Source: a virus. From it: a DNA stretch of 64,000 bases. The notes beneath the pieces were generated by a model. The model saw only the letters and a list, made by a program, of their open reading frames with translations. It searched no databases and was not told the DNA's origin. The translations under genes and the position numbers were made by a program. Shown in pieces: positions 59,401-64,000 of this stretch; the first letter of the stretch is position 1, and every line of letters begins with the position of its first letter. The stretch covers positions 64,001 to 128,000 of IMG/VR virus record IMGVR_UViG_3300021354_000450; one strand, given 5' to 3'.

Positions 59401-60908
59401 AAATTAATTCTTTGTTTATTATTAACAATCGAAACTTTTACTTCATATACTTTTCCACGCACTAATGAATCTTTATCAGCATTAAAAATAACTCGATATC
59501 CCGGTTCTATTTCAACACCATCGATAAAATATCCAGGTGAGTTTTCAACTTGTTTAAATGCATCAGTAGTTGTTGTATCGATTAAATTAATATCATCTTT
59601 ACCTATATTACCAAATTTATATAGTTGAAGACCTGCAATAAATTCAATAATCGGACGTTGCGCTCTTTTATCTGCAGGAAATACAACAGGAACACCGTTT
59701 GCTTTTGCAGTTGCAGAAATAACATCAGAATGAACCCACCGATTATATTTTGACCAAGGATTTCTATCTAATGAAGCACGATTAATTGTAATATAATCAG
59801 GAGTCATTGGAACAAAACTAAAATCGTCAAACGGGTACTCATCAAAAGGTTGAGCATCAAAATTAACATCAAGATTTGTTGTTTCGACACCGATCGGTTG
59901 TAATTTTGAATAGTCAACTAATGTGATCGATGTTCCAACTCCTTCAACAATCCAATCTTTGTTAAGATAAGTTTCAGGTAAAATATTTCCTGAAAAACGA
60001 ACTTTCATTCCATTTGAAAAAGAAACGCCGTTGTTTGATTGGTAAGTTTGTTTTCCGATAATATCAACTTCAACATCAAGTACAGTATTTTCTGAAAGAG
60101 ATTTAATTGCAAATCTGCCAACTGCGGTCGGATTGCCTTCTGCATAGTAAAATAAAGAGGTTGGAGTATAATCATCAATTTTAATAATTACTTGCCCGGT
60201 ACTAACTCCGTTGTTTATTGTTCCTTCAAATAAATTGTCAATCCCTGAAACATATGCAGTTTTAATATAAAAAGGATATACACTATTAACATCAAAAACA
60301 TAGGTTAATCCTCTATATAAAGTTAATAAAGGATTTGTTGTTGCTCCGTCTGGTGAAAAAATTAAACTTTCACCATTTTCAGAATCAGTTACTGTGTATG
60401 TGCTGATAGCATCTTTTTGTTTTCCTAAAATCTCAATTGCATCCGGACCAGTTGGCATCCAATAATATTGACGGAAATTAACAAATTTATCCCAATCAAT
60501 ATGTGGATCAAAAGAGTAAGATTTAGGACGAAATAATTTATCTAAATTTGAAACATTTGCATTATTGAAAGCAAGTTGATTAATAAGATCATCAAAACCT
60601 AAGGACATGTTAATATTGTTATCAATATCACTAAGAACTAACGACGGTTCAAGTTGATAATCTTTTCTTAATTTTGTAGTATCTTCGATATATTCATCAG
60701 TTGTTGGATTATAATTAGGACTTAATCTACTTCCAACAAATCCGTTTATTCTTTTAATTTGCGGTTGCTGAATAAATTGATCAAGTGTACTTGCTAAAAA
60801 TTTTGTATTTTTTTCTGTTCTATGATATGTAGGTAAAAGATCAGCCGATCTACGAGTTGCTGAAGGATTATTAATATCTACTGGATTTATGATATCTTTA
60901 CTGGCCAT
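47439..60908 (-). CDS. giant 4489-aa baseplate/tail structural protein
   Basis: uninterrupted ORF downstream of the gp6-like gene; FG-GAP-like propeller repeats, GxGY beta-sandwich repeats, KPYHTKIR segment. Confidence 0.8.
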   Translation of the reverse strand: MASKDIINPVDINNPSATRRSADLLPTYHRTEKNTKFLASTLDQFIQQPQIKRINGFVGSRLSPNYNPTTDEYIEDTTKLRKDYQLEPSLVLSDIDNNINMSLGFDDLINQLAFNNANVSNLDKLFRPKSYSFDPHIDWDKFVNFRQYYWMPTGPDAIEILGKQKDAISTYTVTDSENGESLIFSPDGATTNPLLTLYRGLTYVFDVNSVYPFYIKTAYVSGIDNLFEGTINNGVSTGQVIIKIDDYTPTSLFYYAEGNPTAVGRFAIKSLSENTVLDVEVDIIGKQTYQSNNGVSFSNGMKVRFSGNILPETYLNKDWIVEGVGTSITLVDYSKLQPIGVETTNLDVNFDAQPFDEYPFDDFSFVPMTPDYITINRASLDRNPWSKYNRWVHSDVISATAKANGVPVVFPADKRAQRPIIEFIAGLQLYKFGNIGKDDINLIDTTTTDAFKQVENSPGYFIDGVEIEPGYRVIFNADKDSLVRGKVYEVKVSIVNNKQRINLEEVFDSEPKLFEAVSVKQGTEFAGTSWWFDGTTWIFSQQKTGLNQAPLWELYDSSGNKFSDTAIYDSSFAGTKMFGYELGTVYDSVLGFNLAYKNVANVGEYLFKNFYMIDSFTNFVNNTTEVRNVSNGFLKINSLTGETFKTVWTKTVDKAIPILQYQVLTEDLTFIEINSINEPGYVSDLTVEVFINDVKQIHNVDYIKTNNVNRSFIVSTTTFSKNDKVLLKLYTNNTPNANGFYEPPTNLTNNPLNGSIEEFTFTEISDHVKTMVDSIQTFNGVFPGLSNLRDISDVSSFGSRLVSHCNPISFAHYFLGGEVSDNLISSIRKVAIDYNQFKSNLLRNITNLKGNFTPAQSLDIALISMNSTKDDFTSYKNSDMLAFGNNCTTKIFTVNDIKSVRYNISTIFDDTILSQRSVLVYKNDILLTKGYDYIVEKYDPSIRIISSLTKGDIITILDFSNTDGSFVPPTPTKLGLFPKFKPQIYLDDTFVGEPREVLQGHDGSITLTYGDYRDAILLEYETRIYNNIKTEYNSELLDILTIMPSAFRTDNFSQIEITNLLSADFLKWAGYFGVDYISNSIFDELDSFTFNYTGSIDTLSKNPLTGYWRSVYKYFYDTDRPHSHPWEMLGLSEEPSWWKTTYGEAPYTSGNLVMWNDLEKGLNANTGIINPMFARPGLSNIIPVNEYGELISPVDLKLATTPIINVDDPDRIILLRSEQISSNWKVGDQAPAETAWRRSSWWPFTCQLLLALTSPASYSALMFDPSRLEKNISGEYRYQGSFLNPSKVVLFNNTLDDGTRVLASGYSVMLIETGTAKNSNYITELKHDLANLDYRLMVKLGSFVSKDKLSVVIDAVDPSSPYPGSLIPAEDYQIFYNKSNPIQSLGISGFIIQKTKIGWTVRGYDRYCPYFTIFKPFEGNSTQIERVGGESETYVLWDSNTTYNENEIVFYVDRYYRVKQKHNSGTIFTSSYYQGLPSLPTKGGIGVLRRTSFETVETIVPYGKEYQTHQEVYDLILGYGKWLETKGFVFDEYNSTLDQILNYNFSSKEFLYWTTQNWAEDAVITISPFANKLTFRSNIGIVDSIVNNFYEYSLLKADGFPFSKHNFSIVRLDGEFSISTINTQEGIFFAKINVTQKEHAIVFKNFTLFNDVIYDKETGYRQRRVKLKGFVTDNWNGDFFSPGFVFDQAKISDWKKFVDYSISDVVRFSGNYYSANKSISGSEAFDITQWTFLDKKPVSQLLPNFDYKINQFEDFYSLDIDNFDIAQQSMAQHLTGYTPRPYLNYIIGDSIAQYKFYQGFIREKGTKQSLTNLGKASLNRYRSSLNFNEEWAFRIGYYGGYNTFQEIEINLESSKFLENPQIVEFVQEKPVNSETMIYYKDQSDFILTSEDFNISSIFQTTVYDDTIFKVPVAGYVRFDDITATAYNKNSVLDIANNSSLKIGNTIWLGFLENGEWDVLRVTDIPTFISAVSINIPGQSILLTTYYAHQLLPNELISVTNIATEINQCYVVQEVINDNQFVVLSTITSLPSLDNPVLGLVSVFKSSRIKTTDEIDNIPFIDRWNFGENIWVDDNGTGNWEVYKKTNNYIGTAYSSEVSSITAQHFGTSIASHASSNITIISAPDYIPLTSNSYGRVYVMVTDSFGNLQMYDNFTINDVYASYYAEVPGYETTKYGQSLAFDPNFGLIIAGAPFTSRVKALIPNTNKVNPAGESSAFIKTGVVKLSLINKSTFHLLDASVVITLPTLSSNVNFGWSIAYSTSTNKLIVGAPAIETSSPGKVYVFTVGVTSSAITVTQDFLLSHPQDLSDKFGYDIAGNNSLSRIAVSAPGYTSAELTSIGAVYIYNNLQTSPTIITGNDLSIPMGIGDIFGTKVKMSQDGQFLIVASPIAFDPGLGVKTGVVDTFVWNGTKFNHNQRISLPLSSITSTTTFAYDISLNDSADTLVITSIGGAKSKRPTFDNYTERFSTSTITTLGFESNYVNNSESIARKLTTTFDSGSTRFSSKYTNAGSAHVYNRLGTNSTKWIYAQELTSDKITSNTMFGTSVLTLDDKIYVGAPSQIDNGVNFGIGQIFEFNKINKLINSWAVHRSQIPLVDISPIKRAITIDSNSEQIKDYIDVIDPIKGNILGTAAEELRYITHYDPAIYSLGITGVNIDPNTNWIDEHVGELWWDLSTVKFVWSEQGELEYRKNNWNNLFPGSSIDVYEWVRTEYLPSEWSQLADTADGLTQGISGQPKFYDNNIISVKQVYNNVSNSFSNVYYYWVKNKTTVPANVRNRKKPAYEVAQQIADPKSTGAKFLVVISPSAFILANTKPLITSEQINLNISFDTITDSANRHTEWLLLQENDPNSKPNWLLEKKLIDSLLGHDSLGNAVPDPSLPNKLKYGIEVRPRQSLFVDRKEALRNIIEFTNFVLANEIVTGKVNFSNLNEIESIPASDSYDTIVEDIYNFELISTNSLVTAYIEAEIDSNGTIVNVRTTGNSNNTLLNQGFGYKTSPTITILGNGTGAELYANIDMFGRITSVDIINGGKNYDSTTELVVRPYTVVVQTDVNSGGKWAVYEWNSSESKWIKPRTQSYNTPLYWKYVDWKAKDFDPFQNIVSSVAEPYALQVLQTIEEGSYVKVQNGGDGRYLILRKTNGSQGSFDPYWDIVYSENGTIYFLDSLWNSSASLFGWDQNFGWDQSQFDQSPDTEISFILNAIKNDIFINECKIYWNQLFFKAVRYAMSEQKFLDWAFKTTFISVVNQAGSLDQVSTFNLQNVSYFEDFLKEAKPYHTKIRKFTEQYTTTELTNTFNTDFDMPLYYNEATAKFEKVEFENNMLLQYPWKAWFNNFTYQVETISLATGGSGYTSTPDITIVPAYGDTGFGATAVAFISLGKVSQIIVTNPGQGYTATPTVIINGGGSTSLISARAYAQLGNCPVRSNYIRLKFDRITKQREIGTQYVTQSFISDGIDTSYKLDWPPITKKELITFTKNGILQLIDSFTIVFSTELYNPQPNTEYSKLFASLKLSFIPDAGDILEITYPKNLDLYNAASRIEDYYNPSYGMPGKDLAQLMTGIEYSGLQVTGLPFDSSGGWNANNIPWSTTPWDNFGFEEGYTSYKTTSTSTQTFIVPTIISSGTEVNVYLKSNLDSSASGKRIDGVNSTSIVKTLIGLGTGAISTVTMIVPGSGYVAEYTTVFVSAPNTLNGINATVTATITNGLVDIQIVNPGSGYTEAPVITILESINPNHTSSSVTTRAYARATLKSEFTEINSNITTSTITIPKVAFTTSSTQVVLRYSTSDGTVVPSDQDSLDAIVNGGNLENTTALGLSPSEIILDGGSSSTRHITGMNDDGFLNSINSFAPEECVPGQIQEAFGISVYSQPVSSSPLIINKKYYLDGTIRTFDLGICPSTEKSVSVLLNDQIVTSNNYTINYQNNTLTFNSVTPITGWLSITSMQIGTVKLLDSLTSISSLSETVFTSFVRYSEVGSIFVSVNGVSISPPEYSFTNYRGSARITVKRSGTIQVYLFLETTKSFSEITDQIITVPSSNRSIFTLNPIPGNAKPLHNQVFVTKNGKRLKPPVLTYYEVENEQTTFDICKSIDFKLGRIDQSQIEVYINGIEVAALREWNLNEQTNQIEFFPGVLSISDSIAVVVKEGQEYLIQDNQLNLTTPASTGTSIVVTTFTNHDPDFIRTERFNVSESSQYVMQRSCIDASYVWVTYNGSPLTVNLDYSIGPDNRTVTIRNGFYQNSQDYVLITSFADRESTVAYRLFRDILGRTHYKRLSQSNSTVLVRNFSLNDQTIEVEDASVLTEPDPSHNRPGIVLIQKERIEFFIKQGNTLSQLRRSTLGTAPAEIYYAGYEVIDQGTDQTILSTEETQKYTTSTSVLTPSYLLTGITFTSDANFTDQVEVRYQGKLLLKPGLLTVKHDLEIAYDSTSTADISVPSDFNISSTGILTLNTASVTIIEGAKLEVIKRFASSWYDSNSTLAKNTTPQAKFIAKALAKLPKN

Positions 60909-60910
60909 TA

Positions 60911-63900
60911 TTATGAGCTCGCTGTATTGGTAATAATTGATGCTGCAGAATTAATTTCTAACGAAGTTATTGAATCTATAATTTCAATATCATTAGCAGT
61001 TGCACCACTGATTAATATTTCATTTAATTGACATGATATTTCAAATAAACTACCAAATGGAATATTAGGATTCTTAGGAACAATTATAAAGTTTACAATA
61101 TCAGGTGTTAATTGATTTAAAACAAATGTTGCTAATTCTGTAAAATTAAAAGATTGACCAAACTCCCATTTATCTAAACTAAAAAATGAATTTATTGAAT
61201 ATAAGATTCTAGTTTTTAAATCATTATCACTTGTTGGTCTTGCTGGATTACGAACAGCTTTAAATGTTCCTTGTAAATTTGCAGATGCTTGTGTTCCAAA
61301 CAATATTTTATAATTTGCAGGATGATAAACTAATGTATCAGAAATTGATTTAATTGGTTCTAATGAAGAAGAAAAATCATTTTCAAGACTTTGACTAGTA
61401 GGCGGAAGTGGTGCTGCTCCGCTATTTGTTGTTTGAAGCCATTGTCGGTAAGCAGTATCGTATGCCGATGTTAAAACATAAACATCTATAATATTTGACT
61501 TACTCGGATCTATTCTACGTTCTTCTCCACTATTATGCATATAATGAAATTTAATTTTAGAACGACCTGGTCTTGCAAAATAGTTAGTGTTTAACACAAA
61601 TTCATTTGAAGTATATGTTTTAATAACATCAGAACCGTAAAAATAAAATAAATCACCTTCTGATATTGTTTGATAATCAACCCGAGATTCATCAAATAAA
61701 GGCGTAATTGTATCTGTATCTACTAATGAATATCTATTACCATCACTCGACATTTTAAAATAAACAAAATTTATTAAATTTCCTGTTAATGTTCCATCAT
61801 CTGTTGTCGACGGAGAAACAATTATATCAAATGCATCAGGATTATCAATCTGTCCGTCATTATTTGCATCATAAAAACTAACAACAACTTTTTTAGGTTC
61901 AATATACCCGTCAGTTTCAATTATTGAACTACTTATGTGCCATCGAAAATCTTGTGCCAAACCAACTGAATTATTATTTGGAATAGAATTTATTCCTAAT
62001 ACTGAAATTTGATCTTTTATTAAAGTATCTGTAGTGTAATCATAGTTTAAATTTGAATAATCAACAAAGAATGCTGTTTGTTTTTCACTTTCAAAAATAT
62101 ATTCTATCAGTCTATAAGAAACTTTGTATGCCGAACCGGTCCATTGGAATAAAATAAGCCAACTTGAATCTTTTTGTGTATTCGATGTATCACCTTGAAA
62201 TGTTAAATTAAAATCATTAATAATATTAAGATTTGTTTCAAGAATAATGAACCATTGACGTGTAATTTTATCAAATCCTAACCCAAAATTCTTTTCTGCT
62301 AAACATAAATTAACAATTTGTGTTTCTAATGCATAACTAAAAACATTAACAAATGTCGGAATAATTGTTTCTGGAATTGAGCCTGTTGGAATTTTACCTG
62401 ATAAAATTATCGGACCAGTACCATCATTTAAAACACCGCGTAACTGATTTGATCCATCACCTACAACCTGAATTACTTTTGACCACAAATAATTTACTTG
62501 TTCAGTATCTAACGGATTTGTATTAACAAGTTGTCCACGTCTAAAACTCTTACCAATCGGTGGAATAAATTTTATAAGTGCACCAGCTGTAATATATGAA
62601 GCATTATTACTACTAAAATAACCTGTTTGAACTGGAACATTTAATAGGTTTTGAAAATATCCGGTTGTTTGGTCTGATGATTTCTTAGTAACTTGTTTCC
62701 AACTATATTCTAAAGAATCAAAAGTCGGACGAGGATAGTTTTTAAAATAGAAATTTTTAAATGTACTTGCTAAAACAATCGGTTCAAGTTGTGATTTAAT
62801 TGCCGCAAATACTTGATTTCGTGATTGAAACTTAAATTCAAATGTCGGAATTTTATTTTCATAATACAAAATTCCATCTTTTGCAAAAATGTCTGTGCTT
62901 GAATATTTCCCGCTAATATCACTTAACTCAAAGTATTTTGAAACTCCACTCGAAATTCTGTTAATACTTGTTACTTTTAAAATATTAGTCCCAGCAGTTA
63001 ATGGAGCAATATTATAATCTTCAGCAGTAATCATACGATTTTGAAGATAATATGATTGTGGTGCTTTTGTTTTAATACTTGAAATTGATTCTGGACCACT
63101 ACTATTAGTTACTGTATATTGAAGACTTAAGGTTAAAGTTAACTTATGAATTACACCTGATTTATTTGCATACGGTATAGTAATATTAATACCTGCCATC
63201 TGATCAGGTGTAATAGTATATGTTTGCCCATTACTTTGACGATAAAATAATTGAAAATTACCTTTTGGCAAATCACCAAAAGAACCATCTGCAAAATTTA
63301 AATCAACTTGATCATTTGATCTAGTACTAACTGAATAAAATGTTCTTACATTATTAGAAATATTATTATAAATTGCATTATTTCCAACTAATGCATCAAC
63401 TTGTGTCCAAAGTGTATCATATGTACCAGCAGAACTTAATTGCCATAACCATATGTCTGTATTGTTGATGCCATTTCCATTAATACCAATAATTTCATTC
63501 GGAACAGGATTTGTTACATTAAAACTTGACGAAGCAATACTACCTTGTCGAAAATGTACAAAAAATCCAGAGTTTGCTGATCCTGCTCCTTGATTGTCAT
63601 TTTGAAAAATATAACTAAATGCGCCACCCGGAACTGGAGGTTCTTCATAAATGAATGTCTTTCCTAAAAACGTTGCTCCAGCAAGTTCAAAAGACATCAT
63701 AGTGCCATTTATAGATTTGTTTAAAGTATAAATTGGAAGATCTGTTCCTTGGCTATTGATTCTATATTGTTCTGTTGAAATTCCATTAATTACTGCAGAA
63801 TCAGTTGGACGTCCAAATGATTGTGTTCCTGGCATAGCAGAATTTAAAATACTAATAAATTGTTGATACCAATTTGTATTAGTCGGATCGTTCCATCCAA

Positions 63901-64000
63901 TCACTTGATTTGCTAAATTTACACCATTTGCATCAATAACACTCTCTGTTGTACTAATTGCAGAAATTTTTAATTGCCCATGTGCAGGAATATTACGTTT
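60911..64000 (-). CDS. baseplate wedge subunit (T4 gp6-like), 5'-truncated by the window edge
   Basis: frame is open to base 64000 (KRNIPAHGQLK...); FADGSFGDLP and ESISSIKTKAPQSYYLQNRMITAEDY are gp6/gpJ-like motifs. Confidence 0.85.
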   Translation of the reverse strand, partial: KRNIPAHGQLKISAISTTESVIDANGVNLANQVIGWNDPTNTNWYQQFISILNSAMPGTQSFGRPTDSAVINGISTEQYRINSQGTDLPIYTLNKSINGTMMSFELAGATFLGKTFIYEEPPVPGGAFSYIFQNDNQGAGSANSGFFVHFRQGSIASSSFNVTNPVPNEIIGINGNGINNTDIWLWQLSSAGTYDTLWTQVDALVGNNAIYNNISNNVRTFYSVSTRSNDQVDLNFADGSFGDLPKGNFQLFYRQSNGQTYTITPDQMAGINITIPYANKSGVIHKLTLTLSLQYTVTNSSGPESISSIKTKAPQSYYLQNRMITAEDYNIAPLTAGTNILKVTSINRISSGVSKYFELSDISGKYSSTDIFAKDGILYYENKIPTFEFKFQSRNQVFAAIKSQLEPIVLASTFKNFYFKNYPRPTFDSLEYSWKQVTKKSSDQTTGYFQNLLNVPVQTGYFSSNNASYITAGALIKFIPPIGKSFRRGQLVNTNPLDTEQVNYLWSKVIQVVGDGSNQLRGVLNDGTGPIILSGKIPTGSIPETIIPTFVNVFSYALETQIVNLCLAEKNFGLGFDKITRQWFIILETNLNIINDFNLTFQGDTSNTQKDSSWLILFQWTGSAYKVSYRLIEYIFESEKQTAFFVDYSNLNYDYTTDTLIKDQISVLGINSIPNNNSVGLAQDFRWHISSSIIETDGYIEPKKVVVSFYDANNDGQIDNPDAFDIIVSPSTTDDGTLTGNLINFVYFKMSSDGNRYSLVDTDTITPLFDESRVDYQTISEGDLFYFYGSDVIKTYTSNEFVLNTNYFARPGRSKIKFHYMHNSGEERRIDPSKSNIIDVYVLTSAYDTAYRQWLQTTNSGAAPLPPTSQSLENDFSSSLEPIKSISDTLVYHPANYKILFGTQASANLQGTFKAVRNPARPTSDNDLKTRILYSINSFFSLDKWEFGQSFNFTELATFVLNQLTPDIVNFIIVPKNPNIPFGSLFEISCQLNEILISGATANDIEIIDSITSLEINSAASIITNTASS

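Noticed and set aside
1-64000. Stop-codon reassignment as in some jumbo phages
   Set aside because: Genes are full length and tightly packed in code 11; TAG and TGA both occur as genuine stops
1-64000. tRNA/rRNA genes, integrase, diversity-generating retroelement near the fibre genes
   Set aside because: Intergenic gaps are short with no cloverleaf/T-loop signature seen; no recombinase or reverse transcriptase motifs and no template/variable repeat pair noticed by eye

Overview
AT-rich, gene-dense 64 kb segment of a large tailed dsDNA phage, most likely a jumbo myovirus distantly related to T4. It reads cleanly in genetic code 11, and I saw no rRNA, tRNA, CRISPR array or integrase. Plus-strand modules in order: (1) GroES-like co-chaperonin, MazG-like NTP pyrophosphatase and clamp loader, with a minus-strand phoH. 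(2) An extended lysis cassette: GH19 endolysin, i/o-spanins, a second lipoprotein, membrane proteins and a holin-like protein. (3) DnaJ, peptide deformylase and ClpA. (4) A late-promoter block of probable head-internal proteins punctuated by hydrophobic-x-E sites, including a 1085-aa polyprotein that fuses HExxH, Pol-beta-like, ligase-fold and HxGH domains. (5) DsbA-like protein, family B DNA polymerase behind a tandem covarying hairpin, and sliding clamp. (6) A 7-deazaguanine DNA-modification island: TGT/DpdA-like, T-fold LxxxHRHxF protein, GT-B glycosyltransferase, FolE, purine PRTase, cupin, an unannotated CDGSH-like mini-protein and an atypical QueE. No QueC or canonical QueD is in the window, and the island is invaded by homing endonucleases. 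(7) RNase H/5'-3' exonuclease and a MoxR AAA plus VWA-peptidase pair. The minus strand from 38.6 kb to the end is a tail/baseplate operon: four paralogous fibre proteins, a 4489-aa baseplate protein and a gp6-like wedge cut by the window edge. The best candidates for undescribed biology are the glycosyltransferase/PRTase-augmented deazaguanine island and the protease-processed nucleotidyl-transfer payload. All calls are from motif reading by eye; no searches were run.
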